From the NCBI GenBank assembly GCA_002269645.1, contig NIVC01001921.1, forward strand, positions 1-64,000: a DNA stretch of 64,000 nucleotides, written 5' to 3'. The stretch is from Macrostomum lignano (Eukaryota). The translations under genes were made by a program, and so were the position numbers. The notes under the pieces were generated by a model, which had not been told where the DNA came from, did no database searches, and worked only from the letters and a program-made list of their open reading frames with translations. Below are positions 1 through 13,500 of this stretch, in pieces. Positions within the stretch are counted from its first letter, which is position 1; each line of letters opens with the position of its first letter.

Positions 1-1319
1 TTAGCTTTCTACCAAAGGACATTGAGCTCCATTTTCACCAGGAAATAGCTGACCTTCTGCCCCTTGTGTAAATCTCAATGACCAGCTGTACCGTCCCTGA
101 TCAGCTCCTGCGGCATGGGAAGTTTTCCAAAAGATGGAAGACAATTTCAATTGAAAATGCGAGGCCGTACATGTGGGACGTACATGTAAAATTAATTGCA
201 AATGCATAGATTTTTGGAAAACTGACAATTAATCGAACATCTTTATTAACGAACTACAGTATTTTGGCTTTGCAAATCAGTACATGTCATTTTTTGCAGA
301 TTTTCTATTTCCTTCTGTTTTTGGATAAACTTAATTTAGAAGAATCCTAAGCTTAAAAAAATTAACCTTTATTATCCCCATATTAAACTAGCCAAACAAT
401 TTAATTAAAGACCTTATTTTAAAGGTAGCAACAATTTTTTGACTCACCGTTCTTAGAAATGGCGAAACATTTGTTAATGTAATGCCAAGTTTTATTTGTA
501 CCATTAGATCCATGCTACTTATAGTACAATAAAACATTTCAATTTACTTAAAAATTCGTACCAAAATGAAAAAAATATATGGCTCCACATTAGCATTGTT
601 TGCTTTGAAATAAATTAATGAACAGTAAAGTACGATTTCAGCGAATTCGACACCGATTTTTTAGAAATTGATACATATGTACATTAATGATGATGCAAAT
701 TAATCTTACAGCTGTACACGCCGTGTACATGTACATGTAGGTATAAATACTCAGAGACTACATGTATAACTTTAATTTTTGTGCACATCTGATTGAACAT
801 CTTTAAAGAACTAGGATGACAAAATGAGCAGCAGTGCATGGTTTCTATTACTTAGAAGTGATTTCCCTTCGATCAGGACAATCGCACAACCTCTTGACAT
901 TAGATTGTAACTATCCAAAAGAACTTTGTAAATACAGTGTATTAGCGTCTGCCGTCTAACAACGATATATTTTTGCAGATCAATAGCAACAAACTATTCA
1001 ATAACTTTAGGATTCCTTTTATTTTATGATTACATTGTGCAATATCTTTACAAAATTAGAAAAGGCCTTATACTCTACGTCACCTTTATGAATTTGGTTT
1101 GTTAAATTGCAAATGCAGCGGGGCGTTGCCACCGGCTGCGGGGACTGGGGGACATGTCCGGCCCCCAGTAAAAGCTGAGAGAGGAACATGCAAATGATTT
1201 CTCCCCCCCCCCACCCAACCAATTGTGACCCGTTATGGAAATCTGCAATAATTTAATTGCTTCAGGGCGACAAAATGTAAGCAAATTAATGATCAGCTTC
1301 TGAGAAAAAATGGGGAACG

Positions 1320-1545
1320 GAAGTTTGCTTGCGGAAGTGCGCTTGCCTAAGTTTGCTTGCAGGAAAAAATGGTTGCCGAAGTTTGCTTGTCGAAGTTTGC
1401 TCGTAGCACTTTGACTTTGCTTTAGTCATGCAATTTGCTGGCTGAACTTTGCTTGCCGACGTTTGCTTGCTGAATTTTTCTTGACGAATTTTTCTTGACA
1501 AAGTTTGCTTGATGAATTTTTCTTGATGGAGTTTGCTTCGCTTCG
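1320..1545. repeat. Degenerate short tandem repeat (AAGTTTGCTTG / GAATTTTTCTTGAC-like units)
   Basis: Recurrent GTTTGCTT and TTTTTCTTGA motifs at short spacing. Confidence 0.7.
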
Positions 1546-2518
1546 CCTTGCTTCGGCTTCGGGGGCCGGATCTGGCCCTAGGGCCGGAGGTTGCCGACCC
1601 TAAGTTAAGGGTGTATTTTTACGCAAAAATATTAAACATGTATTTTACAATGTTAGCTTTTAAAATTGTCGTTGTTTTATTTTTTATTAACAATGCTTTG
1701 CGTGGATACTCACAAGTATTAATATTATACATAAAAAATATGCACTTTGTGTTTTTCTACACTAAAGTTTAAACCACATTTAAAAAATATTTTTCTATGA
1801 TTTTTTGTTTCGCGAACGTATCTCAAAGAATTATTCATTGAAAAGGATTTTAGGTTTGAGATCTCTTCTATATAATATTAGATAGATAAAATTTATTTTA
1901 ATATCCATTTTAATTAGATCCAAATATAGGTTATAGCTTATTAAAAAATTCTGTCAAAAACTGAACTCCTAGATTGGGCATGGGCGGGCCGTGGGGTTGT
2001 TTTGTTTATGTTTTACTTGCCAACAAACAGTTGAACTGAAAACATATTTACATATTTGTCATAAGTGCTAGAATAAATTTCTATATGAGGTTGATATTAG
2101 TAAAACCCTGTAGTGAAAATCGTTCTAAACATACACTGTAATATAAAGTTAACTTTATGACAAATAGGATATGCTACTTAATATTACTAATACTAAAGAC
2201 ATATCACATAGGGCCTAACTTACTGTCATACTGAGTAAGAATATCATATGGCAACTGGATGTTTTGATGAATTATTTTGTTTTATAGCATATCATTAAAA
2301 ATGGATGTTTAGCTGAAGGTTAGGTTTTGTTTAAAAGAATAACAAAGAAAAAGTTTAGAAGACAAAAATAAGTGCTGTTTAGAGTGAAAAATTGTGCTAT
2401 CTCTAGGCCCTAGGGTTTTTAGATAGGTCCTATGTTGTTAATTGTTAACATGATGAATCTTTAAAGAGTTACCTTTTATTTAATACCAAAATATTCTATT
2501 TAGTTTTATTAATAATTT

Positions 2519-2987
2519 GGCAGTGCTTATTCCCACAGTACCGTAGGAATAATTTCTGTCTTATTCCAACGGTACTGTGGGAATAATTTTCTGCTTATCC
2601 ACACAGCACACTGACGAGATAGCTGCCATATCTTCTATATATATATGCTGTATGTGAATAGTTTATAGCTTTTTGAAAGGGAATTTGAATTAAGGATACT
2701 AAGAAGCTGTTGATCTAGATCAATACCACAACCAACATTTTTTTGCATAAAAAAGCCATTAAATCTTTACTTCTATTAAACAAATTGTCAAGCAAAGTTA
2801 TATTGTTAGGCCTATTATTAGTACTTAAACTGTAAGTACTAAACTAAAGTATTCCCACAGCATATATGTAGAAGATGGGCCAGCTATCTTGTCAGTATGC
2901 CATGCGGATAAGCAGAAAATTATTCCCACAGTACCGTTGGAATAAGATAGAAATTATTCTTACGGTACCGTGAAGATAAGCACTGCC
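2519..2987. mobile_element. Mutator-like (MULE) MITE
   Basis: About 130-bp imperfect terminal inverted repeats (GGCAGTGCTTAT...ATAAGCACTGCC) flanked by an exact 9-bp direct repeat TAATAATTT (2510-2518 and 2988-2996); long TIR plus 9-bp TSD is typical of MULEs. Confidence 0.8.
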
Positions 2988-3124
2988 TAATAATTTAGTA
3001 TAGACCTTTTTTTAAAAAAATTGCAAATAAGCATTGGCAACCCACACTTTGGATTATGCAATATAGGGATCAGTAGACTTCTTACCTTAGGGGCTAAATA
3101 AAGAACCTAGTGCATGACTGCAGA

Positions 3125-3350
3125 CCAGAGGAAAAAATAAAGGAAAGGAAATTAAGAAGAGAAATAAGAGAGAGGGGGTGAAAATAAAGGAGACAAAAAA
3201 GGAGATGAAATAGGAAAGAAAAAAAGGATAAGAAATGATATAAAGGAGAAAAGGAAAGAAAGAAAAGAAGAAAGGTATAAAAAAGAGAAAAGAAAGGAAA
3301 TAAAAAAGGAAGAGTAGAGAAAGGTAATAGAAGAGAGCTGAGAAAAGACA
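3125..3350. repeat. Purine-rich (A/G) low-complexity tract
   Basis: Almost only A and G on the + strand. Confidence 0.8.
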
Positions 3351-4952
3351 CAAACCTTGAGCTCATAGTCTAGATCATGCTAAGTATATGCCTGAACAAA
3401 AATTAAATAATTACAACTGCATACCAAAAAAATGGAGTGCATGCCAATTGTCAAAACTATGCCAGTGGTGCAACAATAAATGACCTTTTTTATGTTGTGA
3501 CAATTAATGACCTTTTTAAATTGCATAATAGACCCTTTTGGCAAAAAATTGGTTAATTTTTCTGCTTTTTTAGCAATGCTATGTATAGTAGAAAATCAAT
3601 ACATGCAAAGATTTGTTTAAATGCTTTATTACAATCTCAAAACATAGAAAGCTTGAAATTTATGCTTAAAAATAAACTTTTTTCATCTTTTCTATTTCAC
3701 AATAACTTTTCTATGTGATTCTTTAAAGTGCATGCTAGGTGTGTATATATGCACATTATTTTCTTAGGAGCAATGCATACCAACTGTGCATGCCTTTTTT
3801 GGTATGCAAGGCCAATGCATGCCTGAATTTTTGTGCATATACTGCTGCTGCATGATTCAGAGTGTGGCCTTGAGCTAGCTGCATTGCTATTATGAAGCTT
3901 TAAAGGACCCAAAGGCTGGCTAGTGAGGCTTTGCAGGCTGCATGTGGTCCATGGGCTAGATTTTGCCAACCTAAAAAATTGGGCATATATTGGCCTTGCA
4001 TACCAAAAGTTAAGTATGCACAATTGGCATATATGATTCCTAAAAAAGTGTATCACTAAACAAAACAAAAGAATATTTGTTTAATTGCATAGAAGAGTTA
4101 GTGTTAAGTGGAAAAATGATTGAAAAGTTGATCTTTGAGTGTAAATTTCAAGTTTTCTGGTTTTTAAGCTTGTAAAAAAGCAATTAAACAAATTTTGTAC
4201 ATATTGATTTTCTGTTATAAATAATAAAAGCAAGAAAGATAAAAATCAACCAAATTAATAGCCAAAAAGGATCCTTTACACAATGCAAAGTAGATCATTT
4301 ATTGTTGCAACATTAGCCTAGATTTAAGAGTGTGGGCCTGCACTTAATTTTTTTGGCATGCATTTATATTTCTTCAATTTTTGTTTGGGCATGCACCCAT
4401 TATGATTCAGACTATAGCTGGCAACAAGGACAAAGTTGTATGATTTTTCCACATTTAAACTTGTAGAAATTAAATTTTTCTTATATTTTTAATAATTTTA
4501 TATTTTGCTTTATCTGGGCAAGCAAAAAAATATATTCCCATGTGTCACAAATAAAAATAGCCAAGTTAATCCCTAGAATTATATATTTCTATGAATATGA
4601 CCAATATTTTCTAAGAAACCAATGCTTTTTAAAAATATATTTTATCTTATTTTCTTCAACTTTACTTGTATTGCTTTGTTGTCCCTAGATAATAACAAGT
4701 TTAAATATATAGAATTATATCTACAATAATTAACTAAAGTAAGCAATACAAAAAAGTTTTACTATAAAAAATGTTTTGTAAAAAAACTAGTTCTTCATTT
4801 AGACAAGTTAGTTTTGTAAAATGGTTTTGTATCTCAATAATAAAATGGTAAAATTAGATTAATAAAACATTCTTTGTTGATGAACCTGTTAAGCTTACTT
4901 TAACTATTGATAAATTCAGTTTTAATTTTTTGCTTAAATTTTGACATTGACT

Positions 4953-5246
4953 AAGAGCCTGTCAACTGAAGCTCATAAAGTGGAGCCCAAGTAACCTATA
5001 TATATAAATGATGCATCATTCTGCTCACAGTGACACCAGGAAGCTGGATTTGGCAAAAAAGTGGACTTGGGATAAGTAAGAATAAGGAAGGGGATAATTG
5101 GGAATATTATATCAACTTAAGCTCAAAAAGTTGAGTCTGTAATTATCCCCTTGCTTATTCTCACTTATCCCAAGTCTAACCTTCATATCATTTGTGTACA
5201 TAGGTTACTTGGGCTCCTGTTTATGAGCTTCAGTTGACAAGCTCTT
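4953..5246. mobile_element. Foldback/MITE-like palindromic element
   Basis: Outer inverted repeat AAGAGCCTGTCAACTGAAGCTCATAAA / TTTATGAGCTTCAGTTGACAAGCTCTT plus an inner inverted repeat GACTTGGGATAAG...CTTATCCCAAGTC; no clear TSD. Confidence 0.55.
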
Positions 5247-5517
5247 TGGTATAGCCTGACACCTATCTAAAAATTTATCTCATGTGGAAGAGCATTGTGT
5301 GCAACACCAGTGGCATAAAATTATAGTGCAATATTGTAGATTGTAACCATATGTAACCATAAACTTTGTTCCTTGTATTTTTAACAATAGAAATTAAGCA
5401 GAAGTTTTTATAGTTTTTTAAGAGTTTATTCACTTACTTACAAGTTGTAAACGAGATTATTAAACATAAAAATAAAGATATTGACCAAATTTTTTTCATG
5501 CCCTTGACAGCAGCTTA

Positions 5518-6852
5518 ATGTCAGAGGGGCCACCAACCTCTGCTCCGCAGCAGCAGCAGCCGCAGCCTCAGCCACAGCAGCACTATGGCTATCCCCAGGC
5601 CACTCCGCCAAGATCTCAGGGACCGCCATTTTCCCATGCTGACATGTCTGGCGGCTACCCGCAGCAGCCGGGCCAGATGTACCCGCCTCAGCACCAGGGC
5701 TACCCTGGCCACGGCTACTATGGCGGACCTCCTGGCCAGCAGCAGCCCTACCAGCTGCCGCCTGAAGCTTCGGCAGGCCAGTACAATGCTAATCCGCAGA
5801 TGATGCAGATGCCCTACGGACAGCAGCACCAGATGCAGAAGCAGCCATATCATCAGCAGCAGATGTACCCTGGTCAGCAAATGCAGCCTCCCTACCAGCA
5901 GTTTGGGCAGCAGCCGCCTGTGAGCCAGCAGCAGCAACAGTATGCTCAGCAAGTACATGGTGGCCAGCAGGGCCAGGAGCAGCAACAGCAGCAACAACAA
6001 CAGCAACAGCAGCCATCTCCGCAGCCTCCACCATCACCGCAGCAACAACAGCAACAGCAACAGCAGCAGCAGCAGCAACCGCAGTCTCAGCCGTCGCCAG
6101 CATCGCAGCAGATGCCGCCACCAGCCGCGCCTCCGCCGCTGCCGCAGTCGTCGCAGCAGTCCTCTGTTGCTTCTTCCGATGGCCAACAGTCGGCGGCTGG
6201 CGGCCCGCAGCCTCACTACAGCTATGCTCAGACTATGCAGCCAAGGCCTCAGGCTGTGCCAGCACCTGGCCCGCAGTTTGCCCATCCTGGCGGTGCCGGC
6301 GGTGGTCCCTTCGGCCCGGGCCCCGACATGCCAGGCGGCGGATACATGCAGCAGCAGCAGCCGGGCCCTCAGATGTACCCTCCACCCCACCAGGGCTACC
6401 ACATGCCACAGTCAAGTCACGGCTACTACGGAGGTCCCCAGGGCCAGCAACAGTACCCTGGCACCGCTGAGCCGCCTGTTAGCCATGCTCAAATGATGCA
6501 GCAGCACCAGATGCAGTACATGCAGTCCCAGCATCAGCAGCCGCCTCATCAGATGCAGAAGCAGCAATATCATCAGCCGCAACAGATGTACCCTGGCCAG
6601 CAGATGCAGCCTCCCTACCAACAGTTCGGCCCTCAATCGTCTGCGCCTCCGTCCATGCAGCCGCCGCAGCAACAGCAGCAGCAGCAACCCCAATATTTTC
6701 AGCAGGTTCCGAACAATCAAATGCCGACTTCCCAGCAGTCCCAGCCGCAACAGGCGCAGGTGCCTCCGCAGGTTTCGCAGCAGCGCCCGCAAACGCCTCA
6801 GTCGCAGCAGCAGCCTCCTTCATCGCCTCAGCAGGCACAGCAGCCTGGCAAT

Positions 6853-6890
<38 letters not shown>

Positions 6891-9800
6891 GCAGTCGCAG
6901 CCGTCCCCAGCGTCTCAGCAGATGCCGCCACCCGCAGCTCCGCCGCCTCTGCCGACCTCGGCTGCTCAACCGATGCCTCCTCAGTCTCCGCAACAGCAGC
7001 AACAGCCGCCAGTGTCAAATTCGGACAGTCAGCAACCCACAGCTACTCAGCAGCCGCAGCCGCAGCAGCAGCACTTCGGCTATCCTCAGGCTACACCGCC
7101 AAGATCCCAGGGACCGCCGTTTGGCCCTGCGACTGCCGAGCTTGCAGGCGGCTACCCTCAGCAGCAGCCAGGCCCCCAGATGTACCCCCCTCCGCACCAG
7201 GGCTACCCAATGCCTGGCCAGGGCTACTATGGCGGGCCTCCTGGCCAGCAGCAGCCCTACCAGCTACCGCCTGCCGAGCCGCCGGCCGGCCCGTTCAGCA
7301 GCAGCCAGCTGATGCAGCTCAGGGCCCAGATCAACGCCTACAAGAACCTCAGCCGCAACCTGCCTCTGCCAGATCAGCTGCGCGTGCAGGCGCTCGGCTC
7401 CTCCCTCTCCCGCCCTGTGCCCCCCAGCATCGCCGGCATTCTGTCCGGCTCGGGCGACGCCCCCGCGCCCGACCTTCCTCCCGGTGGTCGTCAAGGCTCT
7501 CCGATGCCGCCTCGCCAGCAGCCGCAGCCGCCTACGGATACCCCAACCAAGCTGCCGACATCCGGGGCGGCCGCGACCTCGTCGCAGCAACAGCAGCAGC
7601 CGCTGTCCAGCCTCATCACCACGCCTGTTTCTCCCGCCCAGCCGCAGTCGCAAGCGTCTGAGATGCAAGCGGCTTCCGTTGCGTCTGACGTCCCAGCCGG
7701 AAGCTCCGCGTCCGTCTCTAATTCCCTGCCGCCGCCGCCGCCGCCGCCGCCGATGCACCCCAATGCGCCTCGAGCGATGACTCCGCCAACGATGCAGCAT
7801 CCGCATCATCCGCTGCATCACCAGCATCCGTACGGACACCCGCCGCCACCTCAGGCGCCGCCGCCGCCAGTCCTGATGTACCAGCAGCGGCCGGGCACAA
7901 CCATCCGCCCGCCAGCTGTGGATCCCGTCGAGCTGCTGCGGGATCGGGAGCAGCGACTCCAGTGCCGCGTTGCCGGCCGCATCTCCGAACTCGAGGAGCA
8001 GTCAGCTGGGGTCTCCGAGGAGCAGAAATTGAAGCTGCAGATCGAGCTGCGCGCGCTCCGCCTGCTGGGCCTGCAGCGCCAGCTGCGCAGCGACTTCGTG
8101 TCGACAATTCGCCGGGACACCACGCTGGAGACGGCGCTGAACGCCAAGGCCTACAGGCGGCCCAAGAAGCAGACGCTGCGGGAAGCCCGCGGCACGGAGA
8201 GGCTGGAGAAGCAGCGCCGACTCGAGGCCGAGAAGCGGCGCCGGCAGCGGCACCAGGAGTGCCTGAACGCCATCCTGGCGCACGCCAAGGAGTTCCGCGA
8301 ACACTATCGCAGCGTGAACTCCAAGATGTTCAAGCTGAACAAGGCCGTGCTGGCCTGGCACGCCAACACCGAGCGGGAGGCGCGCAAGGAGCGCGAGCGG
8401 ATCGAACGGGAGCGAATGCGCCGGCTGATGGCCGAGGACGAGAAAGGCTACCGCGAGCTCATCGACAAGCAGAAGGACCAGCGGCTGCACTACCTGCTCG
8501 AGCAGACTGACGAGTTCACGGCCAACCTGTCCAAGCTGGTCAAGGATCACAAGCGGGAACGCCAGGCCGTGAAGAAGTCCGAGAAGCGGGAGAAGCTGCG
8601 CGAGCACCAGGCAGCTCTCCTGACTGCTGTGCTCAACGCCGGCGAGACCGTCCGCGTCGCCGTGCTGAACCCGTCCACCGGAGAGCGGCTGACCGGAGAG
8701 AACGCGCCGACCTCCCAGGAGCTGGAGCGGTGGCTGGCCGAGCACGAGGGCTGGCTCATTCTGCCCATCGATTCCGACGGTACACCCAGGCCTGATCTTG
8801 TCGAGGACATGGTGGTCGAGGAGGACTACGAGCACGAAGATCACGACACCGACATCCACACCATCCAGGGCACCGAGGACGACGACTACCACCAGCAGCA
8901 GAGCTACTACGGCAGCGCCCACAGCGTCCGCGAGAGAATCGTTGAACAGGCCAGCATCTTGGTTAACGGCCGGCTGAAGGAGTACCAGCTGAAGGGGCTG
9001 CAGTGGCTGGTGTCGCTTTATAATAATAACTTGAACGGCATTCTAGCTGACGAGATGGGATTGGGTGAGTTCTTGTTGTATCCTGAGCTTTTTCATTTGC
9101 TCATATCCTGTGCCTAGATTTTTCTAATCCGCTTATATCTTGTGCCTAGATTTTTCTAATCCGCTTATATCCTGTGCCTAGATTTTTCTAATCCGCTTAT
9201 ATCTTGTGCCTAGATTTAGCTAATCCGCTCATATCTTGTGCCTATATTTAGCTAATCCGCTTATATCTTGTGCCTAGATTTTTCTAATCCGCTTATATCC
9301 TGTGCCTAGATTTTTCTAATCCGCTCATATCTTGTGCCTATATTTAGCTAATCCGCTTATATCTTGTGCCTAGATTTAGCTAATCCGCTTATATCTTGCG
9401 CCTAGATTTAGCTAATCCGCTCATATCTTGTGCCTAGATTTAGCTAATCCGCTTATATCTTGCGCCTAGATTTAGCTAATCCGCTCATATCCTGTGTCTA
9501 GCTTTGGCTAATCTGCTCAGATTTCCACTTTCACCAGTCTCACTACATCCCGCCCGCAGGCAAGACCATCCAGACCATCGCCCTGATTACCTACCTGATG
9601 GAGAGGAAGAAGGAGAACGGGCCTTACCTGATCATTGTGCCGCTGTCAACCATGTCCAACTGGGACCTCGAGTTTGACAAGTGGGCGCCATCGGTCAAGA
9701 AGATTCTGTACAAGGGCTCGCCGCAGCACCGGCGCTCGCTGCAGTACCACCTGAAGGGCTCAAAGTTCAACGTGCTGCTCACCACCTACGAGTACATCAT

Positions 9801-10485
9801 GAAGGACAAAACGGCCCTGTCCAAGATCAAGTGGAAGTACATGATCATCGACGAGGGCCATCGGATGAAGAATCATCACTGCAAGCTCACCTGCGTGCTC
9901 AACTCCTACTATACTGCACCCTACCGCCTGCTGCTGACCGGCACTCCGTTGCAGAACAAGCTGCCCGAATTGTGGGCCCTCATGAACTTCTTGCTGCCCT
10001 CTGTGTTCTCCTCTGTGACCACTTTTGAGCAGTGGTTCAATGCGCCGTTTGCTACTACGGGTGAGTTGATTTGCTATGTGGATCGGCTTATTTAGTGATT
10101 GGGATATTGACTTGATTGTTGTGTTTGTTGGTAAATTGTTTGTCAAAATGATTGATAGCTGTATTTATTGACTGATTGATTGACTGATTGATTGATTGAT
10201 TGATTGATTGTTGTCTGATTGATTGATTGATTGTTGTCTGATTAACTAATAGCTCTTATGATTGATTGATTGACTGATTAATTGATTGATTGACTGATAG
10301 CTGTACTGATTGATTAATTGTTATCTGATTGATTGATTTATTTATTGTTGTCTGATTAACTAATAGCTCTTCTGATTGATAGATTGCTAGCTGTATTGAT
10401 TGATTAATTTATTGATTGTCTGGTTGATTAATCGATTGTCTCATTGATTAATTGATTGATTGTCTGATTGATTGATTTCCTGATT

Positions 10486-10520
<35 letters not shown>

Positions 10521-13500
10521 GCAAACTACAAATCAGACACACTGATTTCGCAGGTGAGAAGGTTGAGCTGAACCAGGAGGAGACTCTGCTCATTATCCGC
10601 CGCCTGCACAAGGTGCTTCGGCCGTTCCTGCTACGCCGACTCAAGAAGGAGGTGGAGTCGCAGCTGCCCGACAAGGTTGAGTACGTGATCAAGTGCGATA
10701 TGAGCGCCCTGCAGCGGACTCTGTACAATCACATGAGCCAGAAGGGCGTCATTCTCACTGACGGCTCCGAGAAGGACAAGAAGGTGACTGCTTGCTCGCT
10801 GATTTGCCGCTGTCTCGGGGGGGGGCGTATTCTAATTTAGTGACCAACAGTCCTTCTCGTCCTGCGGCTCGCCTGACATCTGTGTTAGAGGCGACTCGAT
10901 TCACCGAGAAGGCACAGCAATTTTATGTTTCTTTAATCAGTGGCTCTGCTCACAGTGATGTACTACTAATCCAATGTAACTCACTGACTTACTGAGCTGC
11001 TGGACAATACAATTTGTAATTTTCTAAAGAGGAATAATCATATTTCTTTTAAGCTCATTGTCTCAAATCCTGAGTCATGTTTTTTAAATTTAATCCTTGG
11101 ATTCTTGCTTATCTAATCATGGGATTCTCATATCCCTAATCCTAGGATTCTTATATCCCTAATCCTGATACTCTTATCCCTAATCCCGAGACTCTTTTAT
11201 CCCTAATCCTGAGATTCTCATATCCCCAACCCTCGGATTCTCGTATCCCTAATCCTGGATTCTCATATCCCTAATCCTAGGATTCTTATATCCCTAATCC
11301 TGAGATTTTCGTATCCCTAATCCTGGGATTCTCATATCCCTAATCCTAGGATTCTTATATCCCTAATCCTGAGATTTTCTTATCCCTAATCCTGAGATTT
11401 TCTTATCCCTAATCCTGAGATTTTCATATCCCTATTCCTGAGATTTTCTTATCCCTAATCCTGAGATTTTCTTATCCCTAATCCTGAGATTTTCTTATCC
11501 CTAATCCTGAGATTTTCTTATCCCTAATCCTGAGATTTTCTTATCCCTAATCCTGAGATTTTCATATCCCTATTCCTGAGATTTTCTTATCCCTAATCCT
11601 GAGATTTTCTTATCCCTAATCCTGAGATTTTCTTATCCCTAATCCTGAGATTTTCTTATCCCTAATCCTGAGATTTTCATATCCCTATTCCTGAGATTTT
11701 CATATCCCTATTCCTGAGATTTTCATATCCCTATTCCTGAGATTTTCATATCCCTATTCCTGAGATTTTCTTATCCCTAATCCTGAGATTTTCTTATCCC
11801 TAAACCTGATATTTTCTTATCCCTATTCCTGAGATTTTCTTATCCCTAATCCTGAGATTTTCATATCCCTTTTCCTGGGATTTTCGTATCCCTAATCCTG
11901 GGATTCTCATATCCCTAATCCTAGGATTCTTATATCCCTAATCCTGAGATTTTCGTATCCCTAATCCTGAGATTTTCATATCCCTATTCCTGAGATTTTC
12001 TTATCCCTAATCCTGAGATTTTCTTATCCCTAATCCTGAGATTTTCTTATCCCTAATCCTGGGATTTTCGTATCCCTTTTCCTGAGATTTTCTTATCCCT
12101 AATCCTGAGATTTTCATATCCCTATTCCTGAGATTTTCTTATCCCTAATCCTGAGATTTTCTTATCCCTAATCCTGAGATTTTCTTATCCCTAATCCTGA
12201 GATTTTCTTATCCCTAATCCTGAGATTTTCATATCCCTATTCCTGAGATTTTCATATCCCTATTCCTGAGATTTTCATATCCCTATTCCTGAGATTTTCA
12301 TATCCCTATTCCTGAGATTTTCATATCCCTATTCCTGAGATTTTCATATCCCTAATCCCGGGATTCTTATATTATCAAACCTGCAGTCTTGAGCAAGTTG
12401 CAGAGATTTAGTTTCGACTACAACGCAAAATTTTGAGCAATTATAAATATTCAATATTTATCAATGAAAAACTGAAGCGCCAATCGCTACCGCCCCCCCC
12501 CCTACACGCACACGCAGGGCAAAGGCGGAGTCCGCACCCTGATGAACACCATCATGCAGCTGCGCAAGATCTGCAACCACCCGTTCCTGTTCCCGCACAT
12601 CGAGGACGCCATCACGAGCAGAAGGGCAGCGTGCCAATCAGCGGCGTTGATCTGTTTCGCTCGTCTGGCAAGTTCGAGCTGCTGGACCGGATCCTGCCCA
12701 AGCTGAAGGCCACCAAGCACCGGGTGCTCATCTTCTGCCAGATGACCGCCCTCATGACCATCATGCAGGACTACTTTGATCACAAGGGATTTAAGTACCT
12801 GCGGCTTGATGGCACCACCAAGGCTGAGGACAGGGGCTCCCTGCTGCAGGTGATTGCCTCCTAGTCTCGTGTCTCTGATCCCTAGTCTCGTGTCTCTGAT
12901 CCCTAGTCTCGTGTCTCTGATCCCTAGTCTCGTGTCTCTGATCCCTAGTCTCGTGTCTCTGATCCCTAGTCTCTTGTCTCTGATCCCTAGTCTCGTGTCT
13001 CTGATCCCTAGTCTCTTGTCTCTGATCCCTAGTCTCGTGTCTCTGATCCCTAGTCTCGTGTCTCTGATCCCTAGTCTCTTGTCTCTGATCCCTAGTCTCT
13101 TGTCTCTGATCCCTAGTCTCTTGTCTCTGATCCCTAGTCTCGTGTCTCTGATCCCTAGTCTCGTGTCTCTGATCCCTAGTCTCTTGTCTCTGATCCCTAG
13201 TCTCGTGTCTCTGATCCCTAGTCTCGTGTCTCTGATCCCTAGTCTCTTGTCTCTGATCCCTAGTCTCGTGTCTCTGATCCCTAGTCTCGTGTCTCTGATC
13301 CCTAGTCTCGTGTCTCTGATCCCTAGTCTCGTGTCTCTGATCCCTAGTCTCTTGTCTCTGATCCCTAGTCTCGTGTCTCTGATCCCTAGTCTCTTGTCTC
13401 TGATCCCTAGTCTCGTGTCTCTGATCCCTAGTCTCGTGTCTCTGATCCCTAGTCTCTTGTCTCTGATCCCTAGTCTCTTGTCTCTGATCCCTAGTCTCTT

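Noticed and set aside
1-228. 75-aa minus-strand ORF at the window edge
   Set aside because: No recognisable motif or splice context; other frames contain stops
1575-1605. GGTTGCCGACCCTA, resembling a hAT/Charlie terminal repeat
   Set aside because: No matching opposite end or TSD found in the window
3087-3366. Phe/Leu/Ser-rich ORFs
   Set aside because: Translation of a purine-rich low-complexity tract
5438-8922. Many antisense and alternate-frame ORFs overlapping SMARCA exon 1 (likewise in stonin, GPCR and the Gly-rich gene)
   Set aside because: Expected shadows of GC-rich, CAG-rich coding sequence
12600-12620. Programmed -1 ribosomal frameshifting in SMARCA or the other genes
   Set aside because: No X XXY YYZ slippery heptamer or downstream pseudoknot; a single-base assembly deletion is simpler
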